Assembly (NCBI RefSeq): GCF_006345805.1
Contig: NW_021834652.1
Coordinates: 1 to 46,857 of the forward strand
Source: Octopus sinensis
Taxonomy: Eukaryota
Length of the DNA: 46,857 bases
Direction: 5' to 3'
Each line of letters begins with the position of its first letter. Position 1 is the stretch's first letter. The notes beneath the pieces are model-generated. The model was not told the origin of the DNA, ran no database searches, and saw nothing but the letters and a program-made list of their open reading frames with translations. The translations under genes and the position numbers were made by a program. Of this stretch, positions 10,190-21,290 are shown in pieces.

Positions 10190-11235
10190 AACTGCTACCA
10201 CCACCACCACCACACCACCACCACCACCACCACCACAATCACATTGCTATCTGGGATATGACTACCACTACAACCATCATAAACACCACCATCTCCAAAA
10301 TCATTTCCTCCTTCCTCACTACAACTTCCACAAACCCTACTACTGCTACTACCACTTTCATGATCAATGGCGTACCATCTTCACAACCACCACCACAACC
10401 ATAAAAAACCCACTACAGGCATCGCTGCAATCACAGCCAACACAATCTCCACCATCACCGCCACCACCACCATCGTCACAACAACCATCACACCACGACA
10501 GCCACCACCATTATAACCAGAACCCCCTCACCGCAACCGCCGTCACCACGACCATCGCGACGGCGACAGCGTTGGCGACAGGCACTATCATCAGCACTCC
10601 ACCCCCACCAGCGACACTAACCCCTACAGCCTCCAACACCTTCAGCACCGGTGTCACCGGCGTCACCAGCGTCACCAGCGTCACCTCCTCCGGCAATACC
10701 GCCACCGGTACCTCCACCTGAAACATTGCCACCACCGGCGCCACCTCTTCTAGCACTACAACTACCAGCCCCACCTCCACCGGTACTTCCACCACCGGCA
10801 CTTCCACCACCGGCGCCACCCCCTCCGGCACTATCGCTACCAGTGTCACCTCCTCCGGCACTACAACCACTGCGTCACCTCCTCCGGCAATACCACCCCC
10901 GGCTCCACCTGCGGCATTTCCACCCCCGGCTCCACCTCCTACCAGCGCCACCTCCTCCGGTATTGCCACCACCGGCACCACCCCCTTCCGCACAACCTCC
11001 ACTGGCGTCACCATCTGCGATATTTCCACCACCGGCGCCACCTCCTCCAGCACTACAACTACCAGCCCCACCCTCCTCCGGTACTGCCCCAACCGGCGAC
11101 ACCTCCTGCGGCAATACCGCCTCCGGCACTGCCACCACCGGCTCCACCGTCGTCACCACCTCCGGCCCCACCGTCGCCACCACCACCGCCTGTACCACCA
11201 CTGTCTGTACCACCACCACCGTCCTCCCCCGCCGC
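10190..11235. repeat. GC-rich (CCA/CCN)-periodic low-complexity tract with internal duplications
   Basis: Triplet periodicity; ccaccaccggcgccacctc..agcactacaactaccagccccacc occurs twice (~10729 and ~11026). Confidence 0.8.
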
Positions 11236-11447
11236 CCCTGCCGCCGCCTGCTACTAGAAGCACATTCAGTTGTCTTTCCTCTGCAAGAGTGTGCGGTGTG
11301 TAATTAAAGCTTCTCTACGCCGTCCAAGTGGCAGCCATTAAGTGGGGCCTTTTTAGAAACGTGGAAGCGACTCCTGAAAGACTCCAAGAGCGTCATCCGC
11401 TTCGCTGAAAGAACACACGCGAAAAAAGACAAGTGCGAAGGAGTTGG

Positions 11448-11732
11448 TGAACAACAACAACAACAACAACAACAACAAAGAACAGCAATTGCAACAGCAG
11501 CAACGATGACGACGACGACGACGATGACAATGACAACAGTTGTAACAGCTACAAGAACAACAACAGCAATAACAGTAAAAACACCAGAAGCAGCAGCAGC
11601 AGCAGCAGGAGCAACAGCAACAAGTACAACGGAAACAACTTCAAGAAAGAGAGGTAAGTGGTAGTAGTAGGAGGTGAGTATATAGAATGTGCAGCAACAG
11701 GCGCAGTAGCAGCAGCAGCAGCAGCATCAGTA

Positions 11733-11763
<31 letters not shown>

Positions 11764-11776
11764 CAGTAGTAGTAGC

Positions 11777-11808
<32 letters not shown>

Positions 11809-11980
11809 CAGCAGCAGCAGCAGTAGTAGCAGTAGTGGTAGTGGTAGTAGTAGCAGTAGTGGTAGTGGTAGTGGTAGTAGTAGTAGTAAAAGTAGTAGTA
11901 GTAGTAGTAGTAAAAGTAGTAGTAGTAGTAGTAGTAGCAGCAGTATTAGTAGTAGTAGTAGTAGTAGCAGTAGCAGTAGC

Positions 11981-12018
<38 letters not shown>

Positions 12019-12240
12019 AAGAAGAAGGAGGAGGAGGAGGAGGAGGAAAAGAAGTAGCAGAAAACCGAAAAAAGGTAAAGGAAACGTTGGAATAAAGAAT
12101 AATAATGAAGAAAAAGAAAGAGAAAATGAAAAAAATTGGTTAAAGGAGAAGGAAGTGAGAGAGGAAAAAAGCGAAGAAGAAGAGAAAGAGTCTATGAAAG
12201 AAAAGAAAACAACGTAAAGGAAACAGGAAAACGAAATTGA
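11448..12240. repeat. Compound (CAA)(GAC)(CAG)(GTA)(GGA) repeats and purine-rich tract
   Basis: Direct. Confidence 0.9.
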
Positions 12241-12324
12241 AGAATGAATGCAGGAAGAATTCTTTGTTGGCTGCACTTATTTGCAGTTCCAGGTTACGTA
12301 ACATTGTCTCTGTTATACGTTTGC

Positions 12325-12432
12325 GAAGGCGCGTATCCTAGGGTACACGATCTCAAAATTGAGGTTTTGATTCCTGTTCCCGGTGGTGAATTTGTATTCT
12401 TGAGTAAAGCACTTCATTTCACGTTGCTCCAG
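12325..12432 (+). mobile_element. SINE family C-like 5' fragment, degenerate
   Basis: ttcttgagtaaagcacttcatttcacgttgctccag. Confidence 0.6.
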
Positions 12433-12891
12433 GCCAGATCAAGCCTTTAATGTGTGAATGAGTAAACCCAACGACGAACAGGCGACCGGTGCTGTTGGTG
12501 TGCTGCGATTTCTCATTTAGAAGCATGGAAATCGTGTTACCGATTCTATGAGGACAGTCATGTCCAGGGGTCTTTATAAGTGCTTACTGTATTACATATG
12601 TGAAACCCTGTCGCGAGTGATTTCGTCTGTCCAACTGAATTGAACAGCTTGACCATCAAGACTTTCCACTGAGGGGATTGAATTAAATCGAAACCCCAGT
12701 TGGTTTCGATTTCATTCGTACTCCTCAGTGTCGATATTTTTTATTTACCCTCTTCATTAGTTCTCTTTAAAAATGCACTCCATTTCGCTCCATAATTGTT
12801 ATTTCCCGTATAGACTTTTTCCTTACTACTATTATTGGAGTAATAACCTAACCATTAAGCCACACGCCTTCATATAACATATATAATACTG

Positions 12892-13032
12892 TCGCATGGT
12901 TCACTGCTTAGAGCGTCGGGTTGGCAATCAAGAGATAGTGAGTTCGATTCCCGCACCGGGCTGTGCGTTATGTTCTCGAGCAAGACACTTTATTTCACGT
13001 TGCTCCAATTCTCTCAACTGTAGAAATGGGAC
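12892..13032 (+). mobile_element. SINE family C 5' part
   Basis: gcatggttcactgcttagagcgtc...gagttcgattccc...gagcaagacactttatttcacgttgctcca. Confidence 0.8.
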
Positions 13033-13135
13033 TATCTTTCCTTCTCTCCGAACTTTTCCTCTTTCTGCCGAAGACCCATGATGGGAACGTTACACACCCA
13101 CCAACTTCTTTTAAACTGAGTGTTAACCTAATATT

Positions 13136-13519
13136 GGAGGCGCAATAGCCCAGTGGTTAGGGCAGCGGACTCGCGGTCGTAGGATCATGGTTTCGATTCC
13201 CAGACCGGGCGTTGTGAGTGTTTATTGAGTGAAAACACCTAAAAGCTCCACGAGGCTCCGACAGGGGATGGTGGTGAACCCTGCTGTACTCTTTCACCAC
13301 AACTTTCTCTCACTCTTACTTCCTGTTTCTGTTGTACCTGTATTTCAAGGGGCCGGCCTTGTCACTCTCTGTGTCACGCTGAATATCCCCGAGAACTACG
13401 TTAAGGGTACACGTGTCTGTGGAGTGCTCAGCCACTTACACGTTAATTTCACGAGCAGGCTGTTCCGTTGATCGGATCAACCGGAACCCTCGTCGTCGTA
13501 ACCGACGGAGTGCTTCCCC
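13136..13519 (+). mobile_element. SINE family B, full length, with 12-bp TSD
   Basis: tRNA-like head with A box (gcccagtggttag) and B box (ggtttcgattccc); taacctaatatt at 13124-13135 and 13520-13531. Confidence 0.93.
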
Positions 13520-13599
13520 TAACCTAATATTTATTTACTGTGTACGCCCTATTGGTTTTTGCTGTTTGTTTTCGTTTTTATCCTTGATTTGCCTATATA

Positions 13600-13816
13600 C
13601 GAGTCGGGGTTGAAAAGTTCCTGGCTTTGGGTAAAAGAAAATACAGAAAGATCAGTTAATTATGATTTTATCCAACATATTCCCCTCTCAGATTCACACA
13701 CTTATTTCAGCGACCCTTCAGTTTTTCTAAGCCCCGTAAAAGAACTCGGAAGGTTGGGCGTCCAACCAAGACTTTTGTGACGCTCTTAAAGCCAGGAACT
13801 TTTCAGCACCCACTCG
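13600..13816. mobile_element. mariner-type MITE
   Basis: ~30-bp TIRs cgagtcggggttgaaaagttcctggcttt / aaagccaggaacttttcagcacccactcg; TA on both sides. Confidence 0.88.
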
Positions 13817-13838
13817 TATGTGTTGTGTTTGTGTGTGT

Positions 13839-13881
<43 letters not shown>

Positions 13882-13901
13882 TGTGTGTGTGTGTATGATG
13901 G

Positions 13902-14519
13902 CTACATATTGATTTCGAGCTCGGATGCAGCATTTAAGTCCTTCCAAAGGCCAACAAGCTTTCGTATAAATGTGGCAACGATGGGAGACTCTTGCAGTAG
14001 GTGTCTAGAAATCTTACCGTCCAAGTTGATAAATGCCTTCCTTATATCATGGAGTTTTGGATTCAGCCTTTTACTTTTCTTGGCTGCTTTCAACCGTAAT
14101 ATGAGCCATATTAAACATGTTAATCAATCAATGCTTGTGACTGAAGTTTCTGCAAGTGTAGAAAGGTTTTTGCATAAGGGTCCATCCTCTCCGAACAAAA
14201 TCCGTTTGTCCTCAAACATGAAAATGTCTGCATTATCGGATGCAAATGACGTCGCGATTGTTACACAAGAATTTTTCTTCTAGAGAGCTTCTGAAGAAAG
14301 ACTAAAGGTTTCGTGCTCCAAATTGCTCGATGGCTTTTGACACAACGTAGTTAGTTCATAAGCCCTTTGATAGGCTGTGTCTTTGGTTCTGCAGGGAGTT
14401 CAACAAAAACTACCGTAATTATCAAACAGATTTGTTAGGTTTACCGGTTTAGGGTTGCCATGACAGATTGTACTGGCTGACATGTTACGAGCAGCACAAA
14501 GTATGTCCTGACAACAGGC
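13902..14519 (-). pseudogene. Decayed reading frame of unknown family (206 codons, 3 internal stops)
   Basis: Hand translation gives one frame interrupted only by TGA, TAG, TGA; no family recognised. Confidence 0.4.
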
Positions 14520-15814
14520 ACACACACACACAACACACACACACACACACACACACACACATCACACACACATACCCCACCTCAAATGAATGATAAATTA
14601 TTCATTACATGCTTGAGGTAAGTTTAAGTTTTTGTTGCTGTTCATGTTCTTGTTAATGTCGTAATTTTCCGGACTATTAACCTATTTACAGAATGCGCCG
14701 CTACAATTTACGACAATTTGGCAGTATCATTAGAACACTGGGAATAAGTCTTTTTGGTAGTCATTCAGACTCTGAGTTCAAATCCCACAACCGTCAATTT
14801 TTTTTGTTTTCATTTTTTTTACAGATTCAATAAATAAAACGTCACAATACTTTCACTGACACTTCTCTTCTTAAATTGTACCTGTCATTCAAAAGTTATG
14901 AGGATCCTGTTAAGGGCACAGATTTGTCTGCGGAATATACAGCCATTTAGACATTAAATCCATGAGTAAGAATTCAGTTGCTCAACCAAGACTTGTGATT
15001 GTAATTAGGTAAACGGAAACCGTGTGGAAGACCAGCGAATTCATTGTATCCTTAATTCAGAGTCAGCCTTGTCTCACACTGAGCGACGCTGGTTCTTTCT
15101 GGAAATTACGTCAGGCGGATATGTGAAAAACTGAAAGGTTTGTCGTCGAAACCGATGGTGATCCATTCCCTTTGATTTGATTAGCTGTTGGATATAATAT
15201 CAATGCTGTGATCACTTCTCATTGATAGTCTTACACCTTGTCAAAAGATCATTGAACTCTCTTTGATTCCGATTATTTCATTGATGAGGTTATTCGCTCG
15301 GATTGCTGAGGCTAACTAAAGGATTTTATCTTTAGATATATCTGGAGTACTTATGTGTACTCATGATTTTTGCTTCGGCTTTTTCTCCATGGGCGCATGT
15401 AAGTATTTCATTTATTTCTATTCGTTTTTTCTACTGACGAGGAAAAAATCTATTATGAGATTAATTCCGAAATTGATTCAATATAGAAATAACGAATTTT
15501 AAAAAAAAATTCTGTTGGTTAGCTTTCCTCGATTTCAGCAAAACGTACTTCTGTAGTGGGTATATAATAATTGGAAATTGACTATTTAAAAATCTGTTAT
15601 CAGCATATTGGCATAGAAATAATTTTCTGCCATTGTTTATGAGTATTGTAACTTATAAACAATTTTTTTGCCTTTGTTTATGGAGTTGTTTATAATTTTA
15701 ACGTTTAAAGGTATTTTAATATGCTGCCAATTTTTCTCGATGGAATTTTTTCTGTAAAAAAACTTCATCCTATATTAGTAGTAGTAGTGTATATATATAT
15801 ATATATATATATAT

Positions 15815-16041
15815 AACAATTGCAGCGTGGAAGGTGTTTGTAAGCCATTTAAGAAACATACAAAAGCCGTGAACAGGTCGCGGTCTTAAAGCGACGAAAA
15901 TATTTTGACAAATTATACTTGGAGTCGAACGGCTTTTGGGTGTTTCTTAAATGGCTTACAAACACCTTCCACGCTGCAATTGTTTTCGTTTCAGCACACG
16001 ATCTCAGATCAAATCACTTGCTATGCAAGTACATCTCCGTA
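15815..16041. mobile_element. Inverted-repeat (MITE-like) element, left end truncated by a TA tract
   Basis: aacaattgcagcgtggaaggtgtttgtaagccatttaagaaac (15815) mirrored by gtttcttaaatggcttacaaacaccttccacgctgcaattgtt (ending 15984). Confidence 0.75.
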
Positions 16042-16534
16042 ATATATATATATATTCATAAACTTCCATACAATTTTCTGTCTATCAAATTCACTCGCAA
16101 GTCATTGATCGATCTGAGAGGTGTAGTAGAAAACAATTGCTCAAGGTGCCGCGCTCTCGGACTGAACTTGAGACTACGAGGTTACAAAGCAAACATCTTA
16201 ACCATTCAGCCACGACGAAACGTTCATTGAAATCTTCACGACCTTGAGCAATCTTCTGCCAATGAAGTCTAAAATGATGTACCAGCACCTTCAATATTCA
16301 AGTGCTTTTACCTACATTATCTTATTCTCTTTCGCCTACTCTCTTGTTAATCTCCTCATTATCCGTTAAGCCCCTCTCACTAATCTCATTTCTGTATACA
16401 GATAAGAATTCTGTCTCTCTTCTCTTAAAATGGTTCATAAAATATTTATTATTTCAAGACAGAGTTTTGTGACACAACAGGTTATTCCTACAAATGATAA
16501 ATACTTCTGTATGCGTACTTATTCTTGTATGCAT

Positions 16535-16885
16535 TTATTTGTTTTGGTCATTGGACGTGCGGCCGTGCTGGGGCACCGCTTGGAGATTTAGTCGATCAAA
16601 TTAACAAAGGGCTTATTTGAAGTTGGGTGTTTATTCTATCGATCTCTTTTTATCGAACTTAGTTACAGCAGCATTAACAAACACACACCGGGTATTAAAC
16701 GGTGAGAAACGAGCGAAGTACAAATACACACAAGCCTTACGTAAGGCTTCCTCCCAGTTTCCATCTGCCTCACAAGAAATTGGCTGGTCTGGAGCATTAG
16801 TAGATGACGATTGCCTGGGGCACGCGCTATAGAACAGAACCCTTACATGCGAAGATGAAGTGCGAACTTCTTAACCACAAAGCCA
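16535..16885 (-). mobile_element. Old SINE family D-like copy
   Basis: tgcggccgtgctggggcaccgc...tattctatcgatctct... Confidence 0.55.
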
Positions 16886-17109
16886 TGCTCGCGCCTTTTA
16901 GGAATTATTACAAATTCATGGTTTGAGAAAATATGCACATGATTTAAGTTAATTACAGTTAAAGCTGCTAATTAATTTTTTTTGACTTCACACGATGTCT
17001 TAGTGACATCTTCACGTCTACTAAATAATATCTCTTGTTCAGTTTCGTGTCAGTCTAGGAAACGGCTGGATTTTAGCAAAAAGTTAGCAGTTTTGATAGG
17101 AGGGCACGT

Positions 17110-17530
17110 GAATAACATCGGCCCCAGTACTTGAGAGGTACTTTATTTTATCGACCCCAGGAAGGTGGCGAGCTGGCAGAAACGTTAGCACGCCGGGCGA
17201 AATGCGTAGCCATATTTCGTCTGCCATGTGTTCTGAGTTCAAATTCCGCCGAGGTCGACTTTGCTTTTCATCCTTTCGGAGTCGATAAATTAAGTACCAG
17301 TTACGCACTGGGGTCGATGTAATCGACTTAATCTGTTTGTCTGTCCTTGTTTGTCCCCTCTATGTTTAGCCCCTTGTGGGTAATAAAGAAACAGGTACTA
17401 TATTTTATCGACCCCAATAAAATAGAAGACAAAGTTGACCTCGGTAGAATTTGAACTCAGAACGTAAAGAGCCGCAAGAAATGGTGTTAAGCATTTTATT
17501 CGACGCACTATCGATCCTGCCAGCTCCCTG
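17110..17530 (-). mobile_element. Older SINE family A copy interrupted by a younger opposite-strand copy
   Basis: Minus-strand pieces 17110-17159 and 17393-17530 flank the plus copy. Confidence 0.75.
17161..17392 (+). mobile_element. SINE family A, full length, nested, ~24-bp TSD
   Basis: aggtact(t/a)tattttatcgacccca at 17136-17159 and 17393-17416. Confidence 0.9.
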
Positions 17531-17846
17531 TCATTAGGAAACCTCTTGATAAGGACGATCTTAGTGGGACAATCCATCTATCATTCAGATATGTAGTATT
17601 TAAGACTAGTGTTTTCAGAAAGCATGGTGTCATTTAAAGAAGGTTTGGCTTCTATTTCTAGCAACTAGAGCGAACACGAACAGGTTTGACACCACTTGAT
17701 CTTTAAACATAAAAGAGAAGATTTTTAAAATTAAACTTCGAGTTTTATTTAAGGTTTGAGCTTTAGTTTCCTAATATGAGCAATTTTACACCGCTGCATA
17801 ACGAAATACCAACGAGAAAAAATGTATAATGTATGAGATGAATACC

Positions 17847-18260
17847 TCTTTCTTTACTACCTACAGGACAAACAAGGACAGACAAACGGATTAAGGCGAT
17901 TATATCGGCCCCAGTGCGTAACTGGTACTTAATTTATCGACCCCGAAAGGATGAAAGGCAAAGTCGCCCTCAGCGGAATTTGAACTCAGAACGTAACGTA
18001 ACAGCAGACGAAATACCTATTTCTTTATTACCCACAAGGGGCTAAACACAGAAAGGACAAACAAGGACAGACATAGGTATTAAGTTGATGACATCGACCC
18101 CAGTTCGTAACTGGTACTTAATTTATCGACCCTGAAAGGATAAAAGGCAAAGTCGACCTCGGCGGAATTTGAACTCAGAACATAACGGCGGACGAGATAC
18201 GGCTAAGCATTTCGCCGCATTTCGCCCGGCATGCTAACGTTCTGCCAGCTCGCCGCCTTT
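17847..18260 (-). mobile_element. SINE family A dimer inside one ~50-bp flanking duplication
   Basis: Two tandem units; gcataacgaaatacc...gtataa(t/a)gtatgagatgaatacc at 17796-17846 and 18262-18317. Confidence 0.88.
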
Positions 18261-18718
18261 AGCATAACGAAATACCGCCGAGGGGGGAAAAAAAGTATAA
18301 AGTATGAGATGAATACCACAAAGTCACACTTCTGCCTATAACAAAATCCTATCCTGCGCGTGTTTATTTAAGAAGCTATACTGGAACGAGTTCAAATCTC
18401 GAAGGAATATCAATTATGCATGATAACCTTAGAATTATAGTTTAGCATAACGGTATCAGTTAAAACAGCGACTTTAACTTGAGCATAGATCTACTGAAGC
18501 AGATCGCGCTAGTTTAATTTCTTCTTTCGTTGCTATTATAGCATTTACGGTCACACGCATATTAATATCACTTCGAAAACAATGTCTCTTGTTTCATTCT
18601 GAAAAAAATATTTTCCGATGCACTCTTTTCCCTAATTCACGCGACGCCGCTACCTTTGTACATATTCATACATACTTACATATGGACTTATTGATATTTG
18701 TATATATATATATATATG

Positions 18719-19112
18719 AAGGTGGCGAGCTGGCAGAAACGTTAGCACGCCGGGTGAAATGCTTAGCGGTATTTCATCTGCTGTTACGTTCTGAGTTCAA
18801 ATTCCGCCGAGGTCGACTTTGCCCTTCATCCTTTCATGGTCGATAAATTATTACCAGTTACGCACTGGGGTCGATATAATCGACTTAATACCGTTTGTAT
18901 GTCCTTGTTTGTCTCTCTGTGTTTACCCCTTGGGTAGTAAAAAGAAATAGGCATTTCGTCTGTCTTTCCTTCAGTTCAAATTCCGCCGAGGTCGACTTTG
19001 CCTTTATTCTTTCGAGGTCGATAAATTAGTACCAGTTGCGTATCTGGGGTCGATCTAATCGACTGGCCCTTCCCCACCCCAAATTTTGGGCCTTGTGCTA
19101 GAGTAGAAAATA
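18719..19112 (+). mobile_element. SINE family A dimer (second unit with alternative tail)
   Basis: Junction aaagaaatagg|catttcgtctg near 18950; second tail aaattttgggccttgtgctagagtagaaa. Confidence 0.82.
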
Positions 19113-19179
19113 TTTGTATATTCCTCAGTATATGCATGTAAGTACGTATGTATATATATACGCATGTATATATGTACCA

Positions 19180-19192
19180 ATCTATCTCTCTG

Positions 19193-19251
<59 letters not shown>

Positions 19252-19255
19252 CTGC

Positions 19256-19291
<36 letters not shown>

Positions 19292-19300
19292 TTGTCTGTC
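19180..19300. repeat. (TCTA)n microsatellite
   Basis: Direct. Confidence 0.95.
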
Positions 19301-21049
19301 TGCATGTATACATTTCTCCATTAAAGCTGCAGAAAATATTACAATTACACGCAGTGCGACATTCCTGGAGCCGCCGCATTATGAAGTGTCGGTTATCTCG
19401 CTGGGATTGCAATCTTATAACAATATTTAATAGTTTCAGCTTCATTACACTTCACTTATGCAGACGATCCAATCTTTTGAGAAACACGTGGACGACAAAA
19501 AGATCTCACTTGAAACAAATAACAAAACCGAGGGCGTGGCCCGACCTCTGTAAGTAATCTCTTATTTAAGCTGTGTGGCATTTGCCCCGAAGAAAGCAGA
19601 AACCCGCAACAAACTCTGGCTCTAAAGTGCTTTATTTCTAAACCACGTTAGAATCACAGCTTGCCCATAGGGCTGATATATAAATCCCGTTAAAGCTTCC
19701 GGTTAAAGGGCACTCCTGTTTACTTCAAGGCCGTTTCCAGTCTTTAGCAGAAAAATACGGATTTTTTTACTCGACAGATGGCCATGTAGCGAACAAAGTG
19801 GGTGGTATTTCGCATCTAATCATAAACATTTTGTTCTTCTCGTGATCTTGAGACTCAATTCTGAACAGTCGAGATCGAATTAATCCAGTCTAAAGTATGT
19901 GTCTGCTTATGAGAAGTCATTAGAGCAATGTATATATCGTATTGTAGTAATCGTTCCGGCCTTCTATTCTCATAGTTCGAATCTCACCGAAGTCAACTTT
20001 TTTCGGGATCGATAAATAATGTATCAGATCTGTACAGAGATGATCGGTTTTTCTCTTTCTCTCACTTGTTTTGCTCTGTTTCCCCTCTCGTGTGTTTCTG
20101 GAAGAAATCGACTTATATCCGGACCTGAAGACAGATGGGCTACGCCAAGTCTAAAAATATTTTGCTAGACTCACTGTATGCCACGTGTCCCGCCTGCGAA
20201 ATTTTTTCCTCGAGAGTTCCGGTCCCCACAGAATTCACCTTGACCTTGTTGCCAAGTTAACAAACACACTTTACCAAGTAAACTCATGACGAAGATCGGC
20301 GTTGTAAATCGACCGATTGCCAAGTTATGCCTGGTTTTTGAAGGAGACAAGCTATTAGACAGATTTGCATCTATACCTATTATTGGATTTTGTTAGGGCC
20401 CCATATGGTAAAGATGTGAATGGGAAAAATGTGGGAAGAGTGTGATGTGCTAGCAACCCTCTTCCCTTTGTGTTTTAGAAAGTAAACAACAAGACAAATA
20501 ACTACGCAGAGGCAGCCATGGTTGGAACAAGAACAAGAACAACAAGATAATTAAAAGAGAAAAAAGCATGGTCATTCCTTACCCAAGTAACTTATCACTC
20601 ATCACGTGTTATGCGCTCATGAATTAGTTTGATGTTGAAGCTCTGATTGGCTGTATGCAAATGAGTTCATAACTGCGGTCCGGAACTCTTGTGGAAAAAA
20701 TATTCGAGTCCCACCTACAAGTCCATCAAGAACTGACGTTTCGTAATAAGGCAAGTTTTAAGTATAATACTTTTTGCTGAACGAAGTTTCAGCATTGTGA
20801 AATTATCGAGTGTTGCTCAGCTCGTCGTGTAGAATACAATTCTTAATCTCTGAGACATGACGCCCTTGACAAGATGGCAGTTTAGTATAAAATATGCAAC
20901 GCTGCATAATCCATAAGATGTTGTCTTAAGTTCGTTGGGATTCATAAGAGATGGGTGCTGGAATTCCACGTCATTAATGTAATTTAGAAAGGTATGAAAG
21001 TCACACCATCCTCATTTCTTACTTTTTATGAATAATAATAATAATAAAA

Positions 21050-21290
21050 TAATAAATGCGCCCTTTTTAAAGCCTAGCCAGGCTCATGGGCTCGGTTTCC
21101 CGGTTTCAATGGCGAATGTGTTTCCCAGTCCATCGCAGCGTTACTCATTTTTGCCAGCTGAGCGAACTGGAGCAACGTGAAATGAAGTGTTTTGCTCAAG
21201 AACACAACGCGTCGCCCGGTCCAGGAATCGAAACCGCAATCTTACATTCATGATGCTGATACCCTAACCACTAAGTCACGCGCCTCCACA
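21050..21290 (-). mobile_element. tRNA-headed SINE, family C head with a different (V-domain-like) body and (ATT)n tail
   Basis: Minus: ggaggcgcgtgacttagtggttaggg...gtttcgattcc...cttgagcaaaacacttcatttcacgttgctccag...gctgcgatggactgg...catttatt(att)n. Confidence 0.8.

Noticed and set aside
11645-11660. Strong splice donor gag|gtaagt after CAG/CAA repeats (polyQ exon)
   Set aside because: The Q frame has an upstream stop, and such donors occur several times by chance in the window.
13136-13210. tRNA-like sequences at the heads of SINE B, C, D and A copies
   Set aside because: They continue into shared SINE bodies with TSDs and lack a proper acceptor stem; they are not tRNA genes.
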